From Octopus vulgaris (Eukaryota), in assembly GCA_951406725.2 (NCBI GenBank), contig OX597821.1, positions 72,478,001 to 72,542,000 on the forward strand: a stretch of DNA of 64,000 nt. Direction: 5' to 3'. A program made the translations under genes and the position numbers. The notes beneath the pieces were generated by a model, which worked only from the letters and a program-made list of their open reading frames with translations, had not been told where the DNA came from and made no database searches. Shown here in pieces: positions 1 through 12,580 of this stretch. Numbering within the stretch: position 1 is the first letter of the stretch; every line of letters begins with the position of its first letter.

Positions 1-163
1 CTGATGATTTTTCCATGCTTTGCAGGTTTTTACAAATCCAAATATTTATATAATTTATCACAGTTGCTCCATTCCAGCTGGGTGGCCATCTTAAATGCTA
101 ACCACACATCTGCACAAGATCAATAAACATTTTTCACATATAAAATTATAAAATATAAAGATA

Positions 164-169
164 TTTATT
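164..169 (-). terminator. Candidate polyadenylation signal AATAAA
   Basis: tttatt on + strand, about 25 nt after the stop codon; a longer UTR beyond the window is possible. Confidence 0.5.
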
Positions 170-192
170 CTGTTGAGAGGTTTAAACAGCTG

Positions 193-342
193 CTAGTAAT
201 TAGCAGCACGTAAATAGTCAATTAAGCAATTCGTTTGTGCAAATTGTCTTTGTAATTCATGCCAAACCTGTACGTGTTGCTGGTGAAGCTGTTTTATGAG
301 TTCACAAAGTTTAGCATTTGTTCCAATTTCGGTGAAGTGAAT
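193..342 (-). CDS. WDR36: WDR36 terminal exon 20 (IHFTEIGTNAKLCELIKQLHQQHVQVWHELQRQFAQTNCLIDYLRAANY*)
   Basis: Pyrimidine tract + ccag acceptor; TAG at 195-193; W..LQ..F.Q..C...YL pattern of the WDR36 C-terminus. Confidence 0.92.
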   Translation of the reverse strand: MHFTEIGTNAKLCELIKQLHQQHVQVWHELQRQFAQTNCLIDYLRAANY

Positions 343-498
343 CTGGAATGCAAAGAAAGAACGAAGAAATCTTAAAGATAATCATGCTTCGGAAACATCT
401 AAATCGTATTAGTTCCAACACAAAAAAACAATTGCTACAAACTTGGATACAACTAAACTGAAAAACAATTATGAGAAATGATCCCCAAGACAAGAGTA

Positions 499-650
499 AG
501 GAGTGGCTGAGTGGTAAGTAGCTTGCTTACCAACCACATGGCTCCGGGTTCAGTCCCACTGCGTGGCACCTTCTATAGCCTCGGGCCAACCAAAGCCTTG
601 TGAGTGGATTTGGTAGACGGAAACTGAAAGAAGCCCGTCGTATATGTGTG

Positions 651-683
<33 letters not shown>

Positions 684-880
684 CTGTATTTGTCTCCCCA
701 ACATCGCTTGACAACCGATACTGGAGTGTTTACGTCCCCGTAACTTAGCGGTTCGTCCAAAGAGACCGATTGAATAAGTACTAGGCTTACAAAGCATAAG
801 TCCTGGGGTTGATTTGCTCAACTAAAAAGCGGTGCTCCAGCATGGCCAGTCAAATGACTGAAGCAAGTAAAAGAGTAAAA
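499..880 (+). mobile_element. tRNA-derived SINE (head + TA/TG microsatellite + second module); related copies near 1680-1830(-), 2530-2870(-), 13305-13440(-), 19875-20215(-), 27715-27830(-), 31250-31530(+), 45240-45605(-), 58190-58340(+)
   Basis: A-box TGGCTGAGTGG, B-box GGTTCAGTCC; many diverged copies in the window. Confidence 0.8.
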
Positions 881-3772
881 CAAGTTAACTGCCACATTCA
901 CAAATAATAATAGATTCAATGCAATTTCAGCATTTAGAAATGGAAATATTGTGTAACTCATATTTAATAAATGGGTGACACAAATTATGGGAAGTGCACA
1001 TCAGTTTGCTGAAATCCATCCTTAAACAAGAAATAAACCAGGACTCAGAGCAGAGTCACAACCACTCTGATTTATGTGGGTGCTTTTAACAGCCACCGGC
1101 ACAGAAGCCAGCCAAGCAGCACTGGTCTGGACCACGCTCGAATGGAGCTTTTTACGTGCTACCCAGTCACCCATGCGGCATTGGCATTAGCCAGGACTAC
1201 AATTTCACTTGGCTCAACCACAGCATATCTCCAAAGGTTAGGAAGGGCATCCAGCTGCAGAAACCTTGCCAGATCAGATTGGAGCATGGTGCAACCTCCT
1301 GGTTTGCCAGTCCTCACTCAAACCGTCCAACCTATGCTAGCATGGACAACAGACATTAAATGATGATGATGGTGGTGGTGGTGGTTATAAGCACATTATG
1401 GCACAAATAGCCACAAAGCATTACACAACTAAGAACAGTAGCAGTAGCATCATAAAAGCATTTTATGTCATGTCATACTGATCTCATCATCATCATTAAA
1501 CACCCACTTTTCCATGCTTGCCGGGGTCAGATATTCTATGGCTGAATGGCTCTCCTGTTTCCAAGCGAAGTAAAGTTTCCCCCCATGGTTGAAGATTTAA
1601 ACCAAACAACCTCACTTGTACGACAGTGATGCTCATTTACAACCAACATGTAATGTTCAGACATGGGCACACACACACACAAGCTTCTTTCAGTTACTAT
1701 CTACCAAATCCATTCACAAGAATTTGACTGGCCCAAACCTATCATAGAAGACACTAGTCCAAGGTGCCATGCAGTAGGACAGAACACTAGACCACACAAT
1801 TGGGAAGCAAGATTCTTGACCACACAGCCATTGTTACACTGATGTGGCTATCAGGTGGTGCCAGGCATCATAACAAATCCACTGGCCTCCACCCCTTACT
1901 CTTTGGCTACCTTTTGGAAGAATCTATTCTGTTACAAATAATCAGGGCAAGACTTCACCATGAGAACAGATAACATACTATATTGCCATTGCTGCTTCCT
2001 TGTATTATTTCGTCTCCACCTTAAATTCAAAAGGGACATATGAAAAAAAAAATTGACTTATGATCCAAAGACAATCCAGTCGTGCCATTCTATCTTTTAT
2101 TTCAGATTAAAAAAATAGTAAGTTATTTGGGGGAGATTGGCTTCTGTTTCTAGCAGATGAAGTGACTGCATAGAAGCTCCGTCCTTGCTTCTTAAAACGA
2201 AGGAAGAGAACCACCAGCTTCGAGTGTGTCTGCTGCTACACATCGTTTCTGCTAAACACGAGGCTATGCTCTTGATTACCTCCCGCATTAAAATAAAGAA
2301 GCTTTATCCAGTTGCTTAGCCTGCTAGAAACAACAGTTAAATCTCCCTCAAATCATACCATACCATCTTAAAGAAAACATTGTATAACACGGTTCTGGGT
2401 TCTCTGCACATAGGAAGAGAAAGACAGGATGGTCGTGGCTGGAATGACTGATAAGCTTGCTTGATTAGGGCTAACCTGGGACTAAACACGATAAATTTTC
2501 TGGTAAAGGGGCAATAGGATATATGTCCATATCTTTTATCGTTTACTTATTTCATTATAGAGGGGCCATGCTGGGGCATTGCCCTGGAGAAATTTTTATT
2601 TGACTGAATCAATTCCAGTAATTATGTTTTAAAGCCTTGTACTTATTCTATCAAAATCTTTTGCTGAACTGCTAACTTATGGGGGACACAAACAAACCAA
2701 CACCAGTTGTCAAGTAGGGGGACAAACACACACGACGGGCTTCTTTCAGTTTCCGTCTCCCAAATCCACTCACAAGGCTTTGGCAGTAGTAGACGACATT
2801 TGCCCAAGGTGCCATGCAGTGGGACTGAACCTGGAACCATATGGTTGGGAAGCAAGCTTATTACCACATGGCCATATATATATTTCTTTACTACCCACAA
2901 GGGGTTAAACACAGAGGGGACAAACAAACGGATTAAGTCGATTACATCGACCCCAGTGCGTAACTTGTAGTTAATTTATTGACCCCTGAAAGGATGAAAG
3001 GCGAAGTCGACCTCGGCGGAATTTTGAAGTTACAACGTAACAGCAAACAAAATACGGCTATGCATTTCGCCTAGCGTGCTAACATTTCTGCCAGCTCGCC
3101 ACCTTACATGGCCATATAAACGCATGATCACAAAGAGGTGTCAATTTACTGCATCTGGGTGGGTGTGTGTGTATAAATGTCCATGAAAATTTTCAGTTCT
3201 TTTTCTTTTTGTGTTGGCATTTGTTGTTTAACAACTTATGTCAAACTGGACACACAGACAGACAAAATTAGCTGATACTAACATAGCAAAACAATAAGAT
3301 TTTGGGGGCCAGCCAGATATGAACAGCCTCAAGTGTAAGGATAATCTGGAAACTTGACTGAGGAGAGAAGGCTACAAATGACCCATCCTTGTTTTTTCCT
3401 GTCCATCTATCTGTCCGGATGTTTTATTGTCATCTGTTGCATTCTTGTTCCATTTTTTTGGATTTATATATAGGAATGAAATTTCATTCTCTGCAACAGA
3501 AGCAGAATTAGTTGGGTTTTTTTTTTTTATTCAGCCCTTATATAAGTCTGCAAAAGAAACTGATAGAATGAGTGTCGGGCTTAAAAAATAAAAAGTCCTG
3601 GGGTCAATTCCTTTGACTAAAATTCTTCAAACCGATGCCCCAGCATGGCCGTAGTCTAATGACTGAAACAGCTGATAGATGATAATATTTCCTATAATCT
3701 TTTCTAGATTATAATAAGATTAACATAAATTATTCTTTTCTTCAATGAAAACAGAAGCATTAACTGGATTAC

Positions 3773-3960
3773 CTGTAGAAACAACCCCAAATAAGACTGT
3801 GCAAGTTCGTAATTCTTTCTGGAGCCTAAAAGATATTCTATAAACTTGAGAAACTGGTACATGAGAATCTCTGAACCACCATCTTCCATACCAAATCCAC
3901 GAATTTCTAGGTCAATAGCAGAAGGTCCCATTTCTTTGAAAGCATCCAATATTTTTAAGT
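3773..3960 (-). CDS. WDR36: WDR36 exon 19 (YLKILDAFKEMGPSAIDLEIRG...KNYELAQSYLGLFLQ)
   Basis: GPS.I..E.R and ELAQ.YL.LFL Utp21 motifs; ttttcag/gtaatc; 188 nt. Confidence 0.95.
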
Positions 3961-4083
3961 CTGAAAACAAAAAAAAAATTAATATTATTAAGGCAGTGTG
4001 CAGACATGTTCTGAGTTCAAATTCTGCTGTGGTCAACTTTGCTTTTGATCCTTTTGGTGTTGATAAAATAAGTATCAGTTGAT

Positions 4084-5356
4084 ATGGAATGTGGGTGTGA
4101 AATGACGGTGGTGATGATATTTAAATCAGTTCATTTCCAACATATCGTCATTCCTGTGGGATCGGGAGTTGTGGCAATTTGCTGTAATTGAGATGACGCA
4201 TCAAGCTAAGTAAAATCCCTGTCTTCCATACACACAGGCTTGTCCTTTACAGGTTCCTGTGCCATGTAAAATGCACTCTGCACTGGTGCTGTGTAAACAC
4301 ACCTGTGTCTATGGCCGTAAAAAACACCCGGCACACTCTGTAGAGTGGTTGGCGTTAGGAAGGGCATCCAGCCATAGAAACCCTGCCACATCAGACAATT
4401 GGAGTGTGGACAGGCTCCCTGGCTGGCTAGCTCCTGTCAAACTGTCCAACCCATGCCAGCATAGCAAGCGGACTTTAAACGATGGGCACGATGATAGAAT
4501 GTGTGTGTAACTTCAAAAAAGCTGATCAATGGAAATTGAATGAAGGAACAATTTGAACAAAATTTTGAATTACATAAGAACAACACAACAGACACCAACA
4601 GGCTTATCCAGCCCATAAAAGCAATATCAGTAAATTACTGGTATTTATGTAGTTATAATAATAAAGGTTTCAAATTTAGGTTCAGGACTTGCAGTTTCGG
4701 GAAATGGGGTCGATTACATTAATTGACCCCATTTCCCGAAACTGCAAGTCCTGAACCTAAATTTGAAACCTTTATTATTATAACTACATAAATACCAGTA
4801 ATTTACTGATATTGCTTTTATGGGCTGGATAAGCCTGTTGGTGTCTGTTGTGTTGTTCTTATGTAATTCAAAATTTTGTTCAAATTGTTCCTTCATTCAA
4901 TTTCCATTGATCAGCTTTTTTGAAGTTACACACACATTCTATCATCGTGCCCATCGTTTAAAGTCCGCTTGCTATGCTGGCATGGGTTGGACAGTTTGAC
5001 AGGAGCTAGCCAGCCAGGGAGCCTGTCCACACTCCAATTGTCTGATGTGGCAGGGTTTCTATGGCTGGATGCCCTTCCTAACGCCAACCACTCTACAGAG
5101 TGTGCCGGGTGTTTTTTTACGGCCATAGACACAGGTGTGTTTACACAGCACCAGTGCAGAGTGCATTTTACGTGGCACAGGAACCTGTAAAGGACAAGCC
5201 TGTGTGTATGGAAGACAGGGATTTTACTTAGCTTGATGCGTCATCTCAATTACAGCAAATTGCCACAACTCCCGATCCCACAGGAATGACGATATGTTGG
5301 AAATGAACTGATTTAAATATCACCACCACCATCGTCATTTCACACCCACATTCCAT
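4084..5356. repeat. Near-perfect palindrome, ~633-bp arms, 3-nt spacer (4717-4719)
   Basis: Arms are reverse complements; mirror ORFs 4540-4722(+) and 4714-4896(-) are nearly identical. Confidence 0.97.
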
Positions 5357-7277
5357 GCTGGCACGAGTCAGACACCCTCATTATCATCATCATTTAATAT
5401 CCATCCATGTCCCGTGCTGGCATGGGTTGAACACCATCATCATTTAGCATCCGCTTTCCATGTGGGCATGGGTTGGACGGTTTGACCAGGGCTGGTAAGC
5501 TGAGGAGCTGCACCAGACTCCAGTCTGATTTGTTAGGGTTTCTACAGCTGGATGCCCTTTCTAATGCTAACCACTCAGAGTGCAATGGGTGCTTTTATGT
5601 TCCAGTGGCATGACACCAGAATCTGTCACAACTATGATTCCACTTGGCTTGATGGATTATTCTATCATCATCAGTCTCAGCACTACACCCAAAATTTCCA
5701 TTTTATTGATTGGAACAAAAAAAAAAACATTGATGTCATCGGAATTTTCCGTTACACTTTCAAAATTAAAAGTCATTCAAATTGCTCCATCAAAGAACCA
5801 GTCGCCTTAAACACTCAACTTATTTCCCTTCAGTTAATTTGGTACAAATATTACTGACCCCATAGAATATGAAAAAGAAAATGAGAGAATGAAAACAAGT
5901 AAAACTTCAACTACAAGACCAATATTGTAAAATTCAACAGTAGACTATTCTGACCGACATCGAAGGATGTGAAAATAGATACCAGTCACATGAATCACAA
6001 TAAAATTTCTGCCATTTTACAAGCGGCAGCTTCTTTCTCGTCTTAGCTGTGAACAACTGAGTTGCAACAGAGGCATTGGTCTAACATGGCAAACGGTCAA
6101 CGGAACAACAAACAGGCTGACCTGCAATGATGGCAATCGTTAGGAGTCTGGTCGTTTAATATTTGTCTTCCCCAACTATTAGCCTCGGTTGAGCAGATCT
6201 GCAGAAAGGTACAACACAACATTTGACCATCCTGGCTGTGGAAGTAAACAGCATTAAATCTGACCTTCACCTGCCAAAGGCACCATCCAAGTCAGCATAC
6301 AGCAGATTTTCACCTGGCAAGTTAAATGTCATCCATTTGAATCGACCAATCTCAATCTCTGCCTCTCTTGCAGACATCAAGAAAAAATGTAAAAAAGATT
6401 CCTAGAATTGGCATCCTTTGTGTCTCGGGAGACAATGGAGTTGCACATAAAATAGTCTAGTCTGGCTTTTACATTTCATGTCCTGATACATTTCCTGCTG
6501 TGGCTGTGTAGTCCTATCCTGGACAAACAGGTACCGCAAATGTAGCGAAGACTGTTCCTGGCTGGTTGTAATGTCATAGTTTCTTGTCTTTCCATTTCTC
6601 CTCTCTCTCTCTCTCTCTGTCACTCCTTTGTATTCCCTCTTTTACGGTATGTCGCCAATCTCCACGGTTGCTGGCAATTGCTTCCCAACTGCTAATATTG
6701 ATGATGCAGGCCTTATTCCTAGAATAACAGCAGGCAATAAGTTGACATCAAGAGAGACAGTGACAGAATAAGTTAAATCTCAGATGAGATAACACATAAC
6801 TGATAAGAATGGAAAGATGTTAAACTGCAGATCTGTCCAACCAAAATTAACAGAGACAAACATATCAAAACAAGGCAATAATTGGGTCTAGATTATTGAT
6901 TTGCAGATGTAAAACAGAGAAAATAATTCACAAAAGACATTTCTTCTTGGCTACACTAGCCTTCTATTGCTGAGAATAAAATAAATCAACTCATTAATGT
7001 CAGGAACCAGGCACGATACTGTAAAACATCGAGTTCAGAGTTTTGCAATCTGTCCAGGCTCCAAGCTGTTGATTATGATTTGAGAGGAAGACCAGCAGAG
7101 ATTAACAAGGAATCACACAGGATGAGGGTTTTGTCTTCTCAGCTCAAAAAGGGAAACTCAAATTACAGTTTAAATTCCAAAGTAATGGATAATCAATAAA
7201 TAACAGGGGATTTGAAATAATAATAATAATAAACATCAAAATACAATAAACACTGGTGAAGATATAAATATACTTAC

Positions 7278-7362
7278 AATCATCTTCATTGTTTGCATTC
7301 TGTAAAAGTTTTCCCGTCTCTGATAAATGTGTTTTCAATCCGACAGATATACGGGACGTTGT
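7278..7362 (-). CDS. WDR36: WDR36 exon 18 (TTSRISVGLKTHLSETGKLLQNANNEDD)
   Basis: gtgtag/gtaagt; 85 nt; supplies the phase 0 to 1 link required; weakly conserved segment. Confidence 0.85.
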
Positions 7363-7509
7363 CTACACATAGAAAAGAAAAGATGAAAGAGTATAAGCTC
7401 TATGGACAGTGGTCATTGATTAAAAATACCCCTTTGACCACCCCAAAATCCCAACTAGATGAGCATTTATTCTTTGATACTGCATTGCTAATGAAATATG
7501 AATGTTGTT

Positions 7510-8445
7510 CATCGTTTAATGTCTGCTTTCCATGCTGGCATGGGCCGGACAGTTTAAATGGGGACTGGCAAGCCAGGAGGCTGCACCAGGTTCCAGTCTG
7601 ATCTGGTAAGGTTTCTACAGTTGGATGCCCCTTCCTAATGCCAACCTGTCCGAGAGTGTAGTGGGTGCTTTTACGTTCCACCGGCATGGGAGCCTGTAAG
7701 GCAGCACTGGCATCAGCCACATTCAGGATGGTGTTTTTAACGTGCTACCGGCACAAGATCCAGTCAGGGCAGGGGTGCTGGCATCGACCACATTCAGATG
7801 GTGCTTTTTATGTGCCACTGGCAAGGACCGACACATGAATGTTGCTTATTGCGTGCCACCAGCACAGAGAACCAGTCAGGTGGCACTGATGTTGGCCACA
7901 ACAACAATTTCCATTTTTGATTTTGAGTTGATTGAGATTCTGATTGTGATTTTGATTTTACTTGACTCATTGGGTCTCCTCAAGCACAGTGTGTCACCCA
8001 ACGATTCAAAGGTACTTTTTAAATGGACTGGTTATGCGACACTGGTATAGGCTACGGCTGTGATTTCACTTTACTTGCCGGGTCTTCTCAATCACAGCAT
8101 ATCTCCAGAGGTCGAGGTCTCTTGTCATTGCCACTGTGAGGCCCAGTGTTTGAAGTTCATGCTTCACCACTTCATCCCATGTCTTCCTGGGTCTCCTTCC
8201 ACTATTAGGAAGTGACACTTCTTCACACAGCTCTCCTCATCCATAAGCACCACATGACCATACCAGCACGGTCGTCTCTGTTGCACATCACATCTGATGC
8301 TTATGTCCAGCATTTCTCCCAAGGCTCTCACACTCTGTCATGTGTGCACGCTAGCATTACACATCCAGAGGATCGTACTAGCTTCATTTCTTTCAAGCTT
8401 ACGTATGGCCTCAACAGTTACATAGCCCGTGCTTCACTGCCATGT
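7510..8445 (-). mobile_element. 5'-truncated RTE LINE (ORF C-terminus + 3' UTR with tandem units + GAT tail)
   Basis: Minus strand reads RW(S)WSCG...GRPRKTWDEVVKH-like coding remnant continuing into the common 3' UTR repeat. Confidence 0.8.
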
Positions 8446-9069
8446 ATCTCTAGACAATCCATGAGATGTAGAGACATTGTTATAAACTTCATTCAACAGA
8501 ACCATCACCAACCAAACACTTGTTGACCACAAACAACAAACAGAAACTTATTAAGATTTTGGAACGTTTGCATCATAAGATACAGGTGATTTTTTGGGGA
8601 TACATTTTTTTGTGAGGGAAAAAAAAGTTTTTGATTCATGAATTTTCATTCTCAAGTGAACCAGAGCTAGGAATTCAATTAACGGTTTCTTTCTTTACTC
8701 CCAACTTTTAATCTGAAAATTATTTTAAATGCAGAAACTATTCAAACAGACAAATAATCTTATGGCATCTCTCATAATATATCACAAATACACACACACA
8801 CAACCACCAGCATCATTTAATGTCTGTTTTCCATACTGACATGGGTTTGGATGGCTTGGCAGGAACTGAGGAGTCAGAGGATTACATGAAGCCCCATTGT
8901 CTGCTTTGGCATGGTTTCCAGAGCCTTTCCTAATGCCACCCACTTTGCAGAATGCACCAAGTGGTTTTTATGTAGCGCTGGCATCGGTTAGGTCAGCAAG
9001 TAACTCCCAAAACCTCGAAGGAAGGTGGTTTTATACTGGGTGATGGTAGAGGAACAGGAAAAGGGATTG

Positions 9070-10037
9070 TTGTGATAGCACAATGGTAGTTCAAGAAATT
9101 TCGTAGCAGTGATGAGAGTCTTGGTGATGATAAGCGTAGTGGTCAGCTATCGGATGTTGGCAACAATCAACTAAGAGCCTTAGTCGAAGCCAATCCACGC
9201 TCAACTGTTCAAGAGCTTGCTTCTGAATTAGACGTAACGTATACGACAATTTACAACCACTCAGAAGAAATTAGAAAAACTAACATACTTGAGAAATGGG
9301 TGCCGCATGAATTGAACGACAACCAAAAAGAAAAAAAACGCCATTTCGAAGTGTCGTCTTCCCTTCTTTTACGCAAGAAGAGCAACCCATTTCTCAACCG
9401 GATTGTGACTTGCAATGAAAAGTGGTTTTTTTACAACAACCGGTGACGCTCAGCTCAGTGGTTGGACGTCGCTGAAGCTCCACAGCACTCCCTAAAGCCA
9501 AAGTTGCACCAAAAGAAGGTCATGGTGACTGTTTGGGGATCTGCAGCTGGTCTCATCCATCACAGCTTTTTGGATCCAAGCAAAACCATTACAGCAGAGA
9601 AGTACTCTCAGCAAATGGATGAAATGCATGAGAAACTCTGACAACAACAGCCAGCATTAGTCAATAGAAAAGGACCAATTCTTATCCACAACTGACTCTG
9701 CAGAGGTTGAACGAATTGGGCTATGAAACTCTGCCTCATCCGCCATACTCACCAGACCTCTCGCCTACCGACTAACACATTTTCAAGCATCTCGACAACT
9801 TTCTGTGTGAGAAATGCTTCAAAACCCAAGCCGATGCCAAACACGCCTTCAACAACTTCATCATCACCAGAACGCAGGATTTCTACGCTACTGGCATAAA
9901 TAAACTTGTTTCTCGTTGGCGAAAGTGTGTTGATTCTGATGGTGTTTATTTCGATTAATAAAGTTTTGTTTAAGCCGAGATATGTGCACCTGAACTTAAA
10001 GGTTAAAAACCACAAGAACTTTCTTGACAACCTAATA
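9070..10037 (+). pseudogene. 5'-truncated mariner transposase pseudogene with right TIR
   Basis: WVPHEL, IVTCNEKW, HPPYSPDLSPTD motifs with stops; ends ...caacctaa+TA. Confidence 0.92.
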
Positions 10038-10425
10038 AGTATGTATGTATGTGTGTGTGTGTGTGTATGACTGAACTCAAAATATCATTTTGTTGCCATG
10101 CTCTTCACATATCTTCAATAAAGAAATGAAGTGAATAAATATTAAAACAACAATCATGGCTTTACAAAATACAACAAAATATTCCAATAAGGAAGGATAA
10201 AAATACAATTCTCTCTCAACAGCCAGAACTTTCTATGATTATCCAACAATTGATATTAAAATAAGTCAAATTATGTGTAAATTGACAAAAATTACAGTAA
10301 TTTCTTGAAAATACAAGGATATCTAGGCAAAAGAAATACTAAATCTCATTTAAATTTCAATAATTATCATAATCGTTTACTTTGTAAAAAAAAAAATATG
10401 GAGAAGGAAAACCAAACAAACTTAC

Positions 10426-10539
10426 CTCCTCATCTCTTTCTTTCTCAACAGCAAATTTGATGTCATGGCCAGGAATTGTGGGTAAGAAAAACGGTGCTGC
10501 TTTCGGTTTTTTGGGAGGTTGTTTTGGCTTATTTCTCAA
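10426..10539 (-). CDS. WDR36: WDR36 exon 17 (LRNKPKQPPKKPKAAPFFLPTIPG...RDEE)
   Basis: NKPK.PPK.PK.APFF.PT Utp21 motif; ttttcag/gtaagt; 114 nt. Confidence 0.96.
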
Positions 10540-11516
10540 CTGAAAAAAAAAAAGAAAGAAATAACATCGTCAGTGTCTTAGGTCTGCTTTTGCTGCTGGC
10601 ATGGGTTGAAGAGGGCATCGCAATTAATGTCAATCTATATTCAGGGGTTCCGGATCACTCAAAGAGGTCAGAGGACTTTAAGTGACTTCTGCATTTGGCT
10701 GCTGGCATCAACCACTCTTCAGAGAACATTGGATGCATTTTATTTATTTGTTTTTGCAGAACCAGTACTAAAGAGATAATCATGCCCTACCAAAAGGAAC
10801 CCCATCGGCCCACAACTACCTGCTCTCTGAACCTCTTCATAGGAAGAGAGACATGAAAGATAAAAGTAAACTAATTTTAAAAAATAAACATTGTTAGACA
10901 TTTCTAATTAAATATTAATTATTCGATAATGATACACTGCTTGTTTAAAATAAGAAAACTCAAATGTAAAACAAAGAAAGGATAAATTGAAGCAAGATTT
11001 CCTGTTTTTAACCTTAAACAGTTTTTTGATATCAGATTGGAGCTTGATGCGGCCTGCTGGCTTGCCAGTCTCCAGCCAGACCGCCCAACCCATGCCAGCA
11101 TGGAAAACAGACGTTAAACGATGACAATATTATTTTCATGATCTTCTAGAACAGAATGTTCCACAACCAAGCATACGGTTAATGCAAATAATGACATTCT
11201 CAATTGAAATGGTCGGGGGTGGTCCAGCAAAACAGGATTGGAACAAACTCTTGCCTGAGGGGTCAACAGAATTCCAGAGCAGCTGTCATCATTCATGTCT
11301 ATTTTTCATGCTGGTCTGCATTAGACGGACCACCTTGGTCCATGTCAATTCTTATTCAAACTTTCTGCTCTATTAACTGGCTAACATCACTACATTTCAC
11401 TCATACATCCCGTTTTTGGTTTCTGCTGCTCAATACTTTGCCTGACTCTAACAACTTCATAGATTATTTACATTATTTACATTTGACGGATATTTGTCTT
11501 CATTTTGTTTGTTGTT

Positions 11517-11562
11517 AACACAACATTTCAACTGAAATACCCACCAGCCTTCATCAGGTGTC
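11517..11562 (-). ncRNA. Minimal type I hammerhead ribozyme motif (Penelope-like), partly decayed
   Basis: gacac-CTGATGA-a-ggctg..cagtt-GAAA-tg-TT-gtgtt; stems I and II pair with G-U wobbles. Confidence 0.6.
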
Positions 11563-11827
11563 TTGGGGAAATTTTGAACCTGGGTTCTCATTTCTATGGT
11601 ATTTTTCGATATTATTATTAATACTATTCAGATCACTGCCTGGAATCGAACTCGGAATAATAATAATAATAATAACAACATTGAAAAATACCTTAGGAAT
11701 GAGAACCCAAGTTCAAAATTTCTCCAATACACCTGATGGAAGCTGGAAGGTATATCAATTGAAACGTTAACAACAAGCAAGATGAGGACAAATATCCGTC
11801 AAATGTAAATAATTCTTCATCTCTTAA

Positions 11828-12049
11828 CCCTTTCGTTACCAACCCGGCCGAAACCAGCTCTGGCTCTTGAGTACAAATGTCTTGTTTTCATAAGTTTTGA
11901 ATTAAAATCTTCCACCAAACCTTTGTCACAATTTATGTTCCTAACAGTGGCTTAATGATAACTAAGTTATTTTACTAAATTCTTTGTTATATTTAAAATT
12001 AATTGAAAGAAATACAAAGCATCTCAAAATAAATACGGTAACGAAAGGG
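11828..12049. mobile_element. piggyBac MITE, 222 bp
   Basis: TTAA-ccctttcgttacc...ggtaacgaaaggg-TTAA; same TIR as the 1.07-kb elements. Confidence 0.92.
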
Positions 12050-12428
12050 TTAAATAAAGAACTGAACTTCATAGATTTTACTTATAAATGAGTGAAGCTT
12101 GGCAAACAGGAAGCCTTTAATGCTGACCCTAAAACCTATTTAAGACGACTGGACATCACCATATATTAGGGAGGACAGAGTGTAGGAGTAAGAGCCATGC
12201 AAACTGAGTCTATTTCGATTCCCAGTTGGAGATATTCCACCTCACATCAACAACGTCTTTTGAAAAGAAGCAGGAAAATAGTTTATTTTCCTCAAATAGA
12301 GCTTATCCCCCACTAATGACTACCAGTCATTACCAACAGTCAAGCAGAAAATGTGGGTAGTCTTTGATTGCTTTTCTGACTCTTGGGAGTAAAAAAACCA
12401 AATAATACCAGATAAATGCAGGACTTAC

Positions 12429-12580
12429 TCGGATAACATCCAAGTTCAATAAATTCTTCCAACGAGAGTTTGGCATCAATGAGAGTGTAACAAGTTCATT
12501 ACTAATTTGGTCAGGTGATTTGAAGGGAGATTCAGCATCATCCATGGGTTCCTCCTCTTCATCTTCAGGAAGTAAAGAAG
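12429..12580 (-). CDS. WDR36: WDR36 exon 16 (ASLLPEDEEEEP...SPDQISNELVTLSLMPNSRWKNLLNLDVIR)
   Basis: Start of the Utp21 C-terminal domain (LVTLSL.P.SRWKNLLNLDVI); atttag/gtaagt; 152 nt. Confidence 0.96.

Larger units (their letters stand above)
11466..12064. mobile_element. Inverted-dimer retroposon: tRNA-derived remnant + (AAT)n + hammerhead-motif tails; 13-bp TSD; piggyBac MITE nested in the right end
   Basis: TSD aacttcatagatt at 11453-11465 and 12065-12077; arms ~11470-11610 and ~11675-11812 are inverted. Confidence 0.8.

Noticed and set aside
6200-6570. Possible exon (QEMYQDMKCK...LLYAD) on minus
   Set aside because: Has stops and RT-like words; probably a very old LINE fragment, too decayed to classify.
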